Origin: Escherichia phage DCP2 | Direction: 5' to 3' (one strand) | Sequence record: OR780565.1 | Length of the DNA stretch: 64,000 nt | Part shown: positions 1 through 10,433 of the stretch, one piece after another | Layout of the letters: each line of letters opens with the position of its first letter | How positions within the stretch are numbered: the stretch's first letter is position 1 | Notes under the pieces: generated by a model | Database searches by the model: none | What the model was told of the DNA's origin: nothing | What the model saw: only the letters and a program-made list of their open reading frames with translations | Position numbers and translations under genes: made by a program

Positions 1-50
1 TTAGCGTCAGAGAACTTTTATTGATTAACGAACTTGAGGAAATAAAATAG
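1..50 (+). CDS. 3' end of an upstream ORF truncated by the window edge
   Basis: Frame 3 is open from the window edge to TAG at 48-50; no start visible. Confidence 0.25.
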   Translation, partial: SVRELLLINELEEIK

Positions 51-79
51 TTTACTTTTGTTGGAAATTGAGATACTAT
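50..79 (+). promoter_or_regulatory. T4-type early promoter (GTTTAC -35, TACTAT -10, ~18-bp spacer)
   Basis: GTTTAC at 50-55 and TACTAT at 74-79 upstream of the ORF starting at 108. Confidence 0.4.
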
Positions 80-107
80 ATAAACATAAACTACTGAGGA
101 GATTATC

Positions 108-401
108 ATGAAAAAATTTGTTTTTGCTGCAATTTTTGCTTTAGCTTCTTGTGCTGCTCAGCCTGCTATGGCAGGTTATGATAAAGATTTGTGCGAATGG
201 TCTATGACTGCAGATCAGACTGAGGTTGAAACTCAGATTGAAGCAGATATTATGAACATCGTTGAGCGTGATCGCCCTGAAATGAAAGCTGAAGTACAAA
301 AACAGCTTAAGTCTGGTGGTGTAATGCAGTATAATTACGTTCTGTATTGTGATAAAAACTTCAATAATAAAAATATCATCGCTGAAGTGGTAGGTGAATA
401 A
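108..401 (+). CDS. sp: Spackle-like secreted protein (97 aa, N-terminal signal peptide with LASC lipobox-like motif)
   Basis: ATG start, hydrophobic N-terminus MKKFVFAAIFALASCAAQPAMA, size and position upstream of primase match T4 sp; from memory. Confidence 0.6.
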   Translation: MKKFVFAAIFALASCAAQPAMAGYDKDLCEWSMTADQTEVETQIEADIMNIVERDRPEMKAEVQKQLKSGGVMQYNYVLYCDKNFNNKNIIAEVVGE

Positions 402-413
402 TTAGAGGCTAAT

Positions 414-578
414 ATGAAAACGTTTAAAGAATTTATTAAAGAAGATATGGTAGCTGGAGATTCAGGTGGTAATCCTGAAAATATCTCTACTGGAACAACG
501 TCAGGCGCTGTAGTAAATAAAGGTCCTGAACAGATTCCTAAAAAGAAAAAAGAGGAATCTAAAGAAAAAGAAGAGTAA
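414..578 (+). CDS. small Lys/Glu-rich hypothetical protein (54 aa, T4 61.1 position)
   Basis: ATG at 414, stop 576-578, immediately precedes gene 61; no motif recognised. Confidence 0.5.
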   Translation: MKTFKEFIKEDMVAGDSGGNPENISTGTTSGAVVNKGPEQIPKKKKEESKEKEE

Positions 579-581
579 AAA

Positions 582-1610
582 ATGTCATCAATACCTTGGA
601 TTGATAATGAGTTTGCATATCGTGCGCTAGCTCATTTACCTAAATTCACACAAGTAAATAATAGTTCAACTTTTAAATTACGGTTTAGATGCCCTGTTTG
701 TGGAGATTCAAAAACCGACCAAAATAAAGCTCGTGGATGGTATTATGGCGATAATAATGAAGGAAATATTCATTGCTATAACTGTAACTATCATGCACCA
801 ATCGGAATATATTTAAAGGAGTTTGAACCTGATTTATATCGTGAGTATATCTTTGAAATAAGAAAAGAAAAAGGTAAAAGTCGTCCAGTAGAAAAACCTA
901 AAGAACTTCCTAAACAACCCGAGAAGAAAATAATTAAATCTCTTCCGTCATGCATTAGATTAGATAAACTGACGGAAGACCATCCAATTATAAAATACGT
1001 AAAAGCTCGTTGTATTCCAAAGGATAAATGGAAATATCTTTGGTTTACAACCGAATGGCCTAAATTAGTTAATAGTATAGCACCAGGAACATATAAAAAG
1101 GAAATACCTGAGCCTCGTCTTGTTATTCCAATTTATAATGCTAATGGAAAAGCTGAGTCTTTTCAAGGACGTGCATTAAAGAAAGATGCTCCTCAAAAAT
1201 ATATCACCATCAAAGCTTATCCTGAGGCAACAAAAATCTATGGTGTTGAACGAGTTAAAGATGGTGATGTATATGTTCTAGAAGGACCTATAGATTCACT
1301 TTTTATTGAAAATGGTATAGCTATTACGGGTGGTCAATTAGACCTAGAAATTGTTCCATTTAAAGATAGACGTGTATGGGTTTTAGATAATGAACCTCGT
1401 CACCCTGATACTATTAAACGAATGACTAAATTAGTTGATGCAGGAGAAAGGGTTATGTTTTGGGATAAATCTCCCTGGAAATCAAAAGATGTTAATGATA
1501 TGATTAGAAAGGAAGGTGCAACCCCTGAACAAATTATGGAATATATGAAAAATAATATTGCCCAAGGGTTGATGGCTAAAATGCGGCTATCTAAATATGC
1601 TAAGATTTAA
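582..1610 (+). CDS. 61: DNA primase gp61 (342 aa, N-terminal Cys4 zinc ribbon)
   Basis: 342 aa as in T4 gp61; CPVCGDS...CYNCNYH zinc-binding motif; synteny. Confidence 0.93.
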   Translation: MSSIPWIDNEFAYRALAHLPKFTQVNNSSTFKLRFRCPVCGDSKTDQNKARGWYYGDNNEGNIHCYNCNYHAPIGIYLKEFEPDLYREYIFEIRKEKGKSRPVEKPKELPKQPEKKIIKSLPSCIRLDKLTEDHPIIKYVKARCIPKDKWKYLWFTTEWPKLVNSIAPGTYKKEIPEPRLVIPIYNANGKAESFQGRALKKDAPQKYITIKAYPEATKIYGVERVKDGDVYVLEGPIDSLFIENGIAITGGQLDLEIVPFKDRRVWVLDNEPRHPDTIKRMTKLVDAGERVMFWDKSPWKSKDVNDMIRKEGATPEQIMEYMKNNIAQGLMAKMRLSKYAKI

Positions 1611-1807
1611 ATTAATCCAACTAAAGCAAATGCTAAATCTACGAATGTATCGAGAGTAATTACTGGAATACTAACGCCATGAGCAATAGCAATTGGCGAT
1701 AAAATAAAGTTCCATAGTAAAATTCCTATCATAGCAGAAATAGTAAAAGCTATACGTTTTTTATTACCTTTTATGGCATTAACAAGTGCCATTAATTTTT
1801 GTACCAT
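1607..1807 (-). CDS. small hydrophobic protein, two predicted TM helices (66 aa)
   Basis: ATG (rc of 1805-1807) preceded by strong SD AGGAGG (rc of 1815-1820) at 7-nt spacing; convergent with gene 61; possible ATAAATA late-promoter-like box upstream. Confidence 0.4.
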   Translation of the reverse strand: MVQKLMALVNAIKGNKKRIAFTISAMIGILLWNFILSPIAIAHGVSIPVITLDTFVDLAFALVGLI

Positions 1808-1856
1808 GCGTCGTCCTCCTTTAAATTAAATATTTATCGCAAATTTTACAAAATTT

Positions 1857-1886
1857 GTTTACTTTCTCAGCTTGCTGTGGTATTAT
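1857..1886 (+). promoter_or_regulatory. T4-type early promoter
   Basis: GTTTAC 1857-1862, TATTAT 1881-1886, 18-bp spacer, upstream of ORF at 1912. Confidence 0.5.
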
Positions 1887-1911
1887 AAAATAAACTGCTG
1901 AGGATAATATA

Positions 1912-3251
<1,340 letters not shown>

Positions 3252-3311
3252 TTGCTTATATATTCAAATGATATAATTATTTAACTTATTAATGAATTGA
3301 AAGGAAAAATA

Positions 3312-3830
3312 ATGGCATACTTTAATGAATGTTCACAACTGATTGAAGGCGCTGATAAAGCTCAAAACGAATACTGGGATATTCTCGGTGATGAAAAAGA
3401 CCCGCTGCAAGTTATGCTTGATATGCAGAAATCTCTGCAGGTTCGTTTAGCTAAAGATAAACCTGAATATAACCGTCATCCTGATGATTTGGCTACTGCG
3501 GGTGAAGTTGTTGATTGGCTGCGTAATCAGAAAGATTATATTGATGATGAATTCCGCGAACTATTGACTTCTCTTGGTGGTATGAGCAATGGTGAAAAAG
3601 ATGCATCTGCTGTATGGAAGCCTTGGAAAGCTCAACATGGTGAACGACGTGAAACTCTGATTACTGATTTGTCTCCACAAGACCAGTTGGAAATTAAATT
3701 CGAAATGATTGATATTCTTCATTTCGTTCTGAACATGTTCCAAGGTCTCGGTCTTACGGCTGAAGAAATCTTTAAACTTTATTATCTGAAAAATGCTGAA
3801 AACTTCGCTCGTCAAGACCGAGGTTATTAA
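3312..3830 (+). CDS. 56: dCTPase/dUTPase gp56 (172 aa)
   Basis: Start moved to ATG 3312 (SD AAGGA); MAYFNEC...YYLKNAENFARQDRGY matches recalled T4 gp56. Confidence 0.9.
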   Translation: MAYFNECSQLIEGADKAQNEYWDILGDEKDPLQVMLDMQKSLQVRLAKDKPEYNRHPDDLATAGEVVDWLRNQKDYIDDEFRELLTSLGGMSNGEKDASAVWKPWKAQHGERRETLITDLSPQDQLEIKFEMIDILHFVLNMFQGLGLTAEEIFKLYYLKNAENFARQDRGY

Positions 3831-4030
3831 TGGCTCGTTTAAATAAACGTCAACTTAAGAAAGCCCACAAGAAACGTATTGACCAGCTATTTAAAAATTA
3901 TGACAAGGAGCTCACATACGAGCTCCTATCTAATCAGCTCCACAAAGCTTACACAATTAAAACTGGACATATACAATTAGGTAAGGTGCATGAAGAAGCC
4001 TTAAAATTAATTATAGAGCATTCAAAATGA
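3830..4030 (+). CDS. small basic hypothetical protein (66 aa)
   Basis: ORF track; ATGA overlap with gene 56 stop; contains 8-bp perfect palindrome at 3906-3927. Confidence 0.45.
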   Translation: MARLNKRQLKKAHKKRIDQLFKNYDKELTYELLSNQLHKAYTIKTGHIQLGKVHEEALKLIIEHSK

Positions 4031-4236
4031 AATTTGATTTTTATGCATGGCAAAAAGCCGGGAGACCGGCTAGTTGAGCATTTGGTTCTGATGGATATAA
4101 TATTAGAGCTCATTGGAAGTTTAATGCTCCAGCCGATTATTCTCCGGTAATTATTAACGGTGATGTTGTTATATTAACTAAAATTGGGTATTTTAACGTT
4201 CCGCAAGAATTTATTATAAATAGTCATGTAATTTAA
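4027..4236 (+). pseudogene. 69-codon reading frame interrupted by an in-frame TGA at 4075-4077
   Basis: ATG 4027 (overlaps preceding stop), TGA at codon 17, then 52 further open codons to TAA 4234-4236; lies where T4 carries segF. Confidence 0.3.
4215..4222 (+). promoter_or_regulatory. late promoter TATAAATA
   Basis: Exact TATAAATA ~30 nt upstream of soc start. Confidence 0.65.
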
Positions 4237-4251
4237 ATAAAGGAGAATTAC

Positions 4252-4497
4252 ATGGCTAGTACTCGCGGTTATGTTAATATTAAAACATTTGAGCAAAAAT
4301 TAGATGGAAATAAGAAAATTGAAGGAAAGGAAATTTCTGTAGCTTTCCCTCTTTATTCTGACGTTCACAAAATTTCTGGCGCTCATTATCAGATATTCCC
4401 TTCAGAAAAAGCAGCATATTCTACAGTATATGAAGAAAATCAACGTACTGAATGGATTACTGCAAACGAAGATTTGTGGAAAGTAACTGGTGAATAA
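4252..4497 (+). CDS. soc: small outer capsid protein Soc (81 aa)
   Basis: MASTRGYVNIKTFEQKLDGNKKIEGKEISVAFPLYSDVHKISGAHYQ matches recalled T4 Soc; late promoter upstream. Confidence 0.9.
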   Translation: MASTRGYVNIKTFEQKLDGNKKIEGKEISVAFPLYSDVHKISGAHYQIFPSEKAAYSTVYEENQRTEWITANEDLWKVTGE

Positions 4498-4502
4498 ATT
4501 CA

Positions 4503-4528
4503 AGGACTCCTTCGGGAGTCCTTTTTTC
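4503..4528 (+). terminator. intrinsic terminator AGGACTCC-TTCG-GGAGTCCT + T6
   Basis: Perfect 8-bp GC-rich stem, TTCG loop, T-run; directly after soc. Confidence 0.8.
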
Positions 4529-4537
4529 ATTTTACCG

Positions 4538-4567
4538 GTTTACTTTCCAAAATGAGTATGGTATAAT
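4538..4567 (+). promoter_or_regulatory. T4-type early promoter
   Basis: GTTTAC 4538-4543, TATAAT 4562-4567, 18-bp spacer. Confidence 0.5.
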
Positions 4568-4593
4568 AAAATTATCTTATAGAGGAGAGCACT

Positions 4594-4806
4594 ATGTTAA
4601 ATCGCTGGATTAAACCAAATGAAGACCTCCAGAAGGTTCTTGATAAAGCTATCTCTGATAAATGGGGTATGAAAAGCTGGGATTGTGATATCGTCACGCA
4701 TTCATTCATGATGCATGCAGATGGTTCAGTCGAGTTCAATGCTGAAATGCGATACACTGATTGGGGTGGATTTCAAAGAGTCGAATTTCAAAGAGGCTTT
4801 TTGTAA
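4594..4806 (+). CDS. hypothetical protein (70 aa)
   Basis: ATG with SD GAGGAGAG upstream; no motif recognised. Confidence 0.45.
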   Translation: MLNRWIKPNEDLQKVLDKAISDKWGMKSWDCDIVTHSFMMHADGSVEFNAEMRYTDWGGFQRVEFQRGFL

Positions 4807-5144
4807 TGTTTATCTTTAATTGGTTTAAAAGTTTCTTTACGGATTTTTTCTCTACAACTCCCGGAGAAGGTGTAGTTCCTATTTCAAATGACTACCTTCC
4901 TTTAACTGTAGTTGAATATGTTTATATGGGAGATGGAACAGTAGAAGCAGTTACTATGACTTATGAAGAAGCCCAGGAATATTATAAAAATCCTTGGCGT
5001 TGGTCAACACCTACATCATCTAATACGCAGAATACACAGTCTAGTTCTGATTCATATGATACTAATGTTCCTGTTCATGTGTGGACGGGCGATTCATGTG
5101 GAAGTTCTTGTGATTCTAGTTGTTCATCTACATCTTGTGATTGA
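4806..5144 (+). CDS. hypothetical protein with Ser/Cys-rich C-terminal tail (112 aa)
   Basis: ATG 4806 overlaps preceding stop (TAATG); C-terminus [16 protein letters not shown]. Confidence 0.45.
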   Translation: MFIFNWFKSFFTDFFSTTPGEGVVPISNDYLPLTVVEYVYMGDGTVEAVTMTYEEAQEYYKNPWRWSTPTSSNTQNTQSSSDSYDTNVPVHVWTGDSCGSSCDSSCSSTSCD

Positions 5145-5152
5145 GGAAAATT

Positions 5153-5638
5153 ATGGAAGCGATTTTGTTTGAAATGTATATTAGCAGTAATAGTATGTCG
5201 TTTGCTAAAGACGTTCCAATTACCGTAGCAGTAATGATTGATAAGGGTTATTGTGACCCAATGTATCTCGTAGAAAATTTCGTTTCAATGCCAGTTCCAG
5301 AAGATGCTGAAATAAAACTTAAAAAGATTGGTATCATTGAAACTGTACCAAATATTCCATTTAGAGCAATTGAAGCATTTACTAAATCCGAATACATTAA
5401 TGTTAGCGCAGAACAATATAATGATAAACCTTTATCTTTCTATTCGTACGATTCATTATATAGTTGGAAAATAGATAAAGGAAATAAATTTATAATTGCG
5501 AGTGAAGACGCTTTATCATATTTTATTTCTTCTGTATGGAATAGTTTACATCCAAATTTGCTAAAAATTCATGAATTTGACGATGCTTCTACTGTCGTTT
5601 TAGGTAAAACAAATGAAAGTTCTGAAGAAAATGTTTGA
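5153..5638 (+). CDS. hypothetical protein (161 aa)
   Basis: ATG 5153 with SD GAGGA 5 nt upstream (ORF-track start 5141 is TTG); no motif recognised. Confidence 0.5.
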   Translation: MEAILFEMYISSNSMSFAKDVPITVAVMIDKGYCDPMYLVENFVSMPVPEDAEIKLKKIGIIETVPNIPFRAIEAFTKSEYINVSAEQYNDKPLSFYSYDSLYSWKIDKGNKFIIASEDALSYFISSVWNSLHPNLLKIHEFDDASTVVLGKTNESSEENV

Positions 5639-5816
5639 ATGGTTCAATAGACCAAACTCAATGTACATTGATGATGGTTGGGTTGAACAAGCAAATAAAG
5701 AAATGCAGAACGAATCGGAAGAATGGATGAAATCAATGATTAGTGCTGAGAAAGAAAAGAAATTAGAACGCTCAGCGCTTAAATTGATGAGAGATATCTA
5801 TGGGGATAAATCATGA
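5613..5816 (+). CDS. hypothetical protein (67 aa; start may be ATG 5631)
   Basis: ORF track; overlaps previous ORF; Lys/Glu-rich. Confidence 0.4.
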   Translation: MKVLKKMFEWFNRPNSMYIDDGWVEQANKEMQNESEEWMKSMISAEKEKKLERSALKLMRDIYGDKS

Positions 5817-5977
5817 ACAGAGATATGACGCTAGAAGAGGCCAAGGCTAAAGCAAATGAAGCACTGGATTTGCTTCTTAAAATTGGCAGTAAAATGATGG
5901 AAGAAAATGAGAAATATATCCAGGAAAACAAAATTCCTGACGGCCCATTAGTAGGCAAAAGGAAATCACATGATTGA
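5813..5977 (+). CDS. hypothetical protein (54 aa)
   Basis: ATGA overlap with preceding stop; below ORF-track size cutoff. Confidence 0.4.
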   Translation: MNRDMTLEEAKAKANEALDLLLKIGSKMMEENEKYIQENKIPDGPLVGKRKSHD

Positions 5978-6440
5978 AGTAGCAAAACATTATTCAATAG
6001 AATTTATGTCTAAAGAAGGTAAATCAGTAAATGCACTTGATAAAAAATGCTCATTAATTATTCCTTTAGCAGAAAATCCGGATCTTTTAATTAAAGATAT
6101 AAAAGAAAGAAAATATCCAGAAAATGTTATTCTAATTATAAAGCATACTGAAGATATTTTACAGAATACTGATTCACCGTTTTCTTCTTCTGAAGCTTTA
6201 ACTATTAAAGGCTATAAAAGAGCTCATGAATATGGTCTTTTTGACCTGTTTGAAGATGATAAAGTTAAATTAGCGAGTCAACCTTTTAAAAGTAAAACAT
6301 TCATTATTGAAGATATTAAAGATATAAATGCATTTGTTAAGATGGTCTGGGCTCATTTTGATGTTGGACTACGCTGGAGAATGTCTGAAGAAGAAAGAAA
6401 GATTATTGAAGCTAATCGTCAATTTGGTTTTTATCGCTAG
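5970..6440 (+). CDS. hypothetical protein (156 aa)
   Basis: ORF track, ATG start, coupled to neighbours. Confidence 0.5.
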   Translation: MIEVAKHYSIEFMSKEGKSVNALDKKCSLIIPLAENPDLLIKDIKERKYPENVILIIKHTEDILQNTDSPFSSSEALTIKGYKRAHEYGLFDLFEDDKVKLASQPFKSKTFIIEDIKDINAFVKMVWAHFDVGLRWRMSEEERKIIEANRQFGFYR

Positions 6441-6448
6441 GAATTAGT

Positions 6449-6631
6449 ATGGATTTATTTGAGATGTTAGAAGATAATCATTCTACGAATATCCAGAATG
6501 ATTCTAGTGATTATAAGAAAGAATACCGTATAGTATTACAGAATTATGGAATTGAAGCCCCAGATGCTCTTCTAGAAGAACTAGCTTCATACCATCTTGA
6601 CCCTCCGCCCTGGGCTCCCTGGGCAAAATAA
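6449..6631 (+). CDS. hypothetical acidic protein (60 aa)
   Basis: ORF track, ATG start. Confidence 0.4.
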   Translation: MDLFEMLEDNHSTNIQNDSSDYKKEYRIVLQNYGIEAPDALLEELASYHLDPPPWAPWAK

Positions 6632-6642
6632 TTCAAAAAGTT

Positions 6643-6672
6643 GTTTACTTTCCTTCCTAACAATGATATGAT
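6643..6672 (+). promoter_or_regulatory. T4-type early promoter
   Basis: GTTTAC 6643-6648, TATGAT 6667-6672. Confidence 0.5.
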
Positions 6673-6698
6673 AGCTTCTGAAGTATATGGAGGCTATC

Positions 6699-7322
6699 AT
6701 GATTATTAATCTTGCAGATGTTGAACAGTTATCTATAAAAGCTGAAAGTGTCGATTTTCAATATGATATGTATAAAAAAGTCTGTGAAAAATTTACTGAC
6801 TTTGAACAATCAGTTCTTTGGCAATGTATGGAAGCCAAAAAGAATGAAGCTCTTCATCGGCAGTTGAATAAAATCGTTAAAAAGCATTTAACTAAATCAC
6901 CTTATCAGCTATATCGTGGTATATCAAAATCGACAAAAGAGCTCATTAAAGATTTACAAGTTGGAGAAGTGTTTTCAACGAATAGAGTAGATTCATTTAC
7001 TACTAGTTTGCACACAGCGTGCGGTTTTTCTTATGTTGAGTATTTCACTGAAATAATATTTCGCTTAAAAACTGATAAAGCTTTTAATTACTCTGACCAT
7101 ATCAGCGATATTATACTTTCTTCTCCTAATACTGAGTTTAAGTATACATATGAAGATACTGATGGATTAGATTCAGAACGTACTGATAACTTAATGATGA
7201 TTGTGCGTGAACAAGAATGGATGATTCCAATTGGAAAGTATAGAATAACTTCTATTTCAAAAGAAAAATTACACGATTCATTTGGAACATTTAAAGTGTA
7301 TGATATTGAGGTAGTTGAATGA
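6699..7322 (+). CDS. modB: ADP-ribosyltransferase ModB (207 aa)
   Basis: R-S-E ART motifs (LYRGIS, FSTNRV, REQEWMIP); ATG 6699 with GGAGG SD gives 207 aa as in T4 ModB. Confidence 0.75.
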   Translation: MIINLADVEQLSIKAESVDFQYDMYKKVCEKFTDFEQSVLWQCMEAKKNEALHRQLNKIVKKHLTKSPYQLYRGISKSTKELIKDLQVGEVFSTNRVDSFTTSLHTACGFSYVEYFTEIIFRLKTDKAFNYSDHISDIILSSPNTEFKYTYEDTDGLDSERTDNLMMIVREQEWMIPIGKYRITSISKEKLHDSFGTFKVYDIEVVE

Positions 7323-7921
7323 AATATTCAGCAATGCAATTAAAAGATTTTAAAATCAAATCAATGGATGCATCGGTGCGTGCTTCTATTCGTGAAGAAT
7401 TACTTTCTGAAGGATTTAATTTATCTGAAATTGAACTTTTAATTCATTGTATTACTAATAAGCCAGACGACCACTCTTGGTTAAATGAAATAATCAAATC
7501 TCGTTTGGTTCCAAACGATAAACCTCTTTGGAGAGGTGTTCCAGTTGAGACTAAGCAGGTGTTAAATCAAGGAATTGATATTATTACATTTGATAAAGTA
7601 GTATCAGCTTCATATGATAAAAATATAGCTCTACATTTTGCTTCTGGATTAGAATACAATACACAAGTTATTTTTGAATTCAAAGCTCCTATGGTATTTA
7701 ATTTTCAGGAGTATGCTATAAAAGCTCTACGTTGTAAAGAATATAGTCCGAGTTTTAAATTTCCAGATAGCCATCGCTATCGTAATATGGAATTAGTTTC
7801 AGATGAACAAGAAGTAATGATACCAGCTGGAAGTGTATTTAGAATTGCGGATAGATATGAGTATAAAAAGTATTCAACATACACTATCTATACTCTTGAT
7901 TTTGAAGGATTTAATCTATAA
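7319..7921 (+). CDS. modA: ADP-ribosyltransferase ModA (200 aa)
   Basis: R-S-E ART motifs (PLWRGVP, VSASYD, EQEVMIPAG); 200 aa as in T4 ModA. Confidence 0.75.
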   Translation: MKYSAMQLKDFKIKSMDASVRASIREELLSEGFNLSEIELLIHCITNKPDDHSWLNEIIKSRLVPNDKPLWRGVPVETKQVLNQGIDIITFDKVVSASYDKNIALHFASGLEYNTQVIFEFKAPMVFNFQEYAIKALRCKEYSPSFKFPDSHRYRNMELVSDEQEVMIPAGSVFRIADRYEYKKYSTYTIYTLDFEGFNL

Positions 7922-7977
7922 TGGAAGGACTTAGATTCATTATACCATGAAAGTTTTAAAGCATTTTTCATAAAGTT

Positions 7978-8008
7978 GTTTACAAGCTGAAGTAAAAATG
8001 ATATAGTA
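7978..8008 (+). promoter_or_regulatory. T4-type early promoter
   Basis: GTTTAC 7978-7983, TATAGT near 8003-8008. Confidence 0.45.
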
Positions 8009-8036
8009 TAAGTAGTTAACCGTCCGTGAGAAAAAT

Positions 8037-8783
8037 ATGAAACTGTCTAAAAATCAAATTCGTAAAATTACACGTCGTTTAGAGCATACTCAGGCATCAG
8101 CTAAAAGACGTTCTAAAGATTTTAACTTAGACTTCAATTACATTAAGAACATTTTAGATCAGAAAGTTTGCGCTTACTCAGGAGAACCTTTTGATAATCG
8201 TATTGAAGGAGAGAAATTATCGTTAGAACGTTTTGATAATAACGTTGGATACATTAAAGGGAATGTTATTGCAGTAAAGAAAAAGTATAATACATTTCGT
8301 TCTGATTATACTTTAGAAGAGTTGATTGAAAAGCGTGATTTATTTGCTTTGCGAATTGGTCGTTCATCTGCGAAAAAAGTTCATAAACTAAATTTAGATG
8401 AAAAGAAATGGGCTAAAATCAAAAAGACTTATAATCAAATTAAAGCTATACAGAAAAAACGCGAAAACCGAATTGAGCACATTTCTCAGCTTTCTAAATC
8501 AAAACAAACTTCTGACGTTAAGCTAACGATTATAGCACTTAAAGCTCGTATTGATGGTTCTCGTATAGCAGAAGGCGCTGAAGTTGTTAAATTGAACGTT
8601 CTTCTTAAAGGCTCGGATTGGAAAACTGTGAAAAAGTTGTCAGAAGCAGAAATGCAATATGATATGTGTGATAAAATTATTCAAGGTGTAGAGCGGTATC
8701 AAAACTTGTCTTTTATTGATAAACTTAAACTGAAAAGAGGATACCCGCTAAATTGTTCAATTTTTAAACTTATCCGAGGATAA
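8037..8783 (+). CDS. srd: Srd-like basic protein (248 aa)
   Basis: Size and position (between modA and dda.1) match T4 srd; assignment positional. Confidence 0.55.
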   Translation: MKLSKNQIRKITRRLEHTQASAKRRSKDFNLDFNYIKNILDQKVCAYSGEPFDNRIEGEKLSLERFDNNVGYIKGNVIAVKKKYNTFRSDYTLEELIEKRDLFALRIGRSSAKKVHKLNLDEKKWAKIKKTYNQIKAIQKKRENRIEHISQLSKSKQTSDVKLTIIALKARIDGSRIAEGAEVVKLNVLLKGSDWKTVKKLSEAEMQYDMCDKIIQGVERYQNLSFIDKLKLKRGYPLNCSIFKLIRG

Positions 8784-8784
8784 T

Positions 8785-9096
8785 ATGTTTTATGTATATG
8801 CGATAGTGTATAGAGATAAAGATGGATTTGCGGTGCCTGTTCCTCTTGATGAACATCGTCCTGCTATATTTTTTGAAAGGGAGATTGCTGATAAAGTATT
8901 TACAACTCTTAAAGAGCAGTATCAACTAGCTTTAGGTATGGGAATTCCGAGATTAGTCGAGACTCCACGCAAGTTTTGGTTTAATAAAATAGAAGTTAAA
9001 CATGTTAAGCCTGATGTAGACACACAAAGATTATATCGGCGAATTTTAGATACTGGGCGTATTGTTAGTATACCAATTGCAGGGAATTTACGATGA
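8785..9096 (+). CDS. hypothetical protein (103 aa, dda.1 position)
   Basis: ORF track; coupled to dda. Confidence 0.5.
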   Translation: MFYVYAIVYRDKDGFAVPVPLDEHRPAIFFEREIADKVFTTLKEQYQLALGMGIPRLVETPRKFWFNKIEVKHVKPDVDTQRLYRRILDTGRIVSIPIAGNLR

Positions 9097-10412
9097 CATT
9101 TGATGATTTGACCGAAGGCCAGAAAAATGCCTTTAACATTGTTATGAGGGCTATTAAAGAAAAGAAACATCATGTAACTATTAATGGACCTGCTGGTACT
9201 GGTAAGACTACTCTTACTAAGTTCATCATTGAAGCTTTAATATCTACGGGCGAAACTGGCATTATTTTAGCAGCTCCTACTCATGCAGCTAAAAAGATTC
9301 TTTCAAAACTATCAGGGAAAGAAGCGAGTACTATTCACAGTATTCTTAAAATTAACCCTGTAACATATGAAGAAAACGTTCTTTTTGAACAAAAAGAAGT
9401 ACCGGATTTGGCTAAATGCAGAGTATTAATCTGTGACGAAGTGTCAATGTATGATAGAAAGCTATTTAAAATTCTGCTTTCAACTATCCCGCCATGGTGT
9501 ACTATAATTGGAATAGGCGATAATAAGCAAATTAGACCTGTTGACCCAGGAGAAAATACTGCTTATATCAGTCCATTTTTTACGCACAAAGATTTTTATC
9601 AGTGTGAACTCACTGAAGTTAAACGCAGTAATGCTCCTATTATTGATGTAGCTACTGATGTTCGTAACGGTAAGTGGATTTATGATAAAATTATTGATGG
9701 GCATGGAGTACGTGGATTTACCGGTGATACCGCTTTACGCGATTTTATGGTAAATTATTTTTCAATCGTAAAATCACTAGATGATTTGTTTGAAAATCGT
9801 GTGATGGCATTTACGAATAAATCTGTTGATAAGTTAAATAGCATTATTCGTAAAAAGATTTTTGAAACTGATAAAGATTTTATTGTCGGTGAAATTATTG
9901 TAATGCAGGAACCATTAATTAAAACATATAAAATTGATGGAAAGCCTGTGTCAGAAATTATTTTTAATAACGGACAATTAGTTCGTATTATAGAAGCAGA
10001 GTATACATCAACATTTGTTAAAGCTCGTGGTGTTCCTGGAGAATATCTAATTCGTCATTGGGATTTAACAGTAGAAACTTACGGCGATGATGAATATTAT
10101 CGTGAAAAGATTAAAATAATTTCATCTGATGAAGAGCTGTATAAGTTTAACCTATTTTTAGGTAAAACTGCAGAAACTTACAAAAATTGGAATAAAGGCG
10201 GAAAGGCTCCATGGAGTGATTTTTGGGATGCTAAATCACAGTTTAGTAAAGTGAAAGCACTTCCTGCATCAACATTCCATAAAGCTCAGGGTATGTCTGT
10301 AGATCGTGCTTTCATCTATACACCTTGTATTCATTATGCAGATGCTGAACTAGCACAGCAGCTTCTTTATGTTGGTGTCACTCGTGGTCGTTATGATGTG
10401 TTTTACGTATGA
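9093..10412 (+). CDS. dda: Dda DNA helicase (SF1B, 439 aa)
   Basis: MTFDDLTEGQKNAFNIVMRAI... Walker A GPAGTGKT; 439 aa as in T4 Dda. Confidence 0.95.
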   Translation: MTFDDLTEGQKNAFNIVMRAIKEKKHHVTINGPAGTGKTTLTKFIIEALISTGETGIILAAPTHAAKKILSKLSGKEASTIHSILKINPVTYEENVLFEQKEVPDLAKCRVLICDEVSMYDRKLFKILLSTIPPWCTIIGIGDNKQIRPVDPGENTAYISPFFTHKDFYQCELTEVKRSNAPIIDVATDVRNGKWIYDKIIDGHGVRGFTGDTALRDFMVNYFSIVKSLDDLFENRVMAFTNKSVDKLNSIIRKKIFETDKDFIVGEIIVMQEPLIKTYKIDGKPVSEIIFNNGQLVRIIEAEYTSTFVKARGVPGEYLIRHWDLTVETYGDDEYYREKIKIISSDEELYKFNLFLGKTAETYKNWNKGGKAPWSDFWDAKSQFSKVKALPASTFHKAQGMSVDRAFIYTPCIHYADAELAQQLLYVGVTRGRYDVFYV

Positions 10413-10433
10413 TTAAATTTGAGGAAGCTATTC

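Noticed and set aside
3561-3815. Antisense or alternative-frame ORFs from the six-frame track lying inside confidently assigned genes (for example 3561-3815, 9480-9704, 14470-15036, 15211-15393, 18606-18800, 31943-32413, 36517-36759, 46401-46622, 52794-53180, 60371-60607, 62433-62648, 63534-63797)
   Set aside because: They fully overlap long genes with recognisable motifs on the other strand or frame, lack SD sequences, and have biased low-complexity composition typical of overprinted frames.
3830-4250. Replication origin (oriA-like) assignment to the gene 56-soc interval
   Set aside because: Only positional analogy with T4 supports it; there is no recognisable origin signature beyond the palindrome reported separately.
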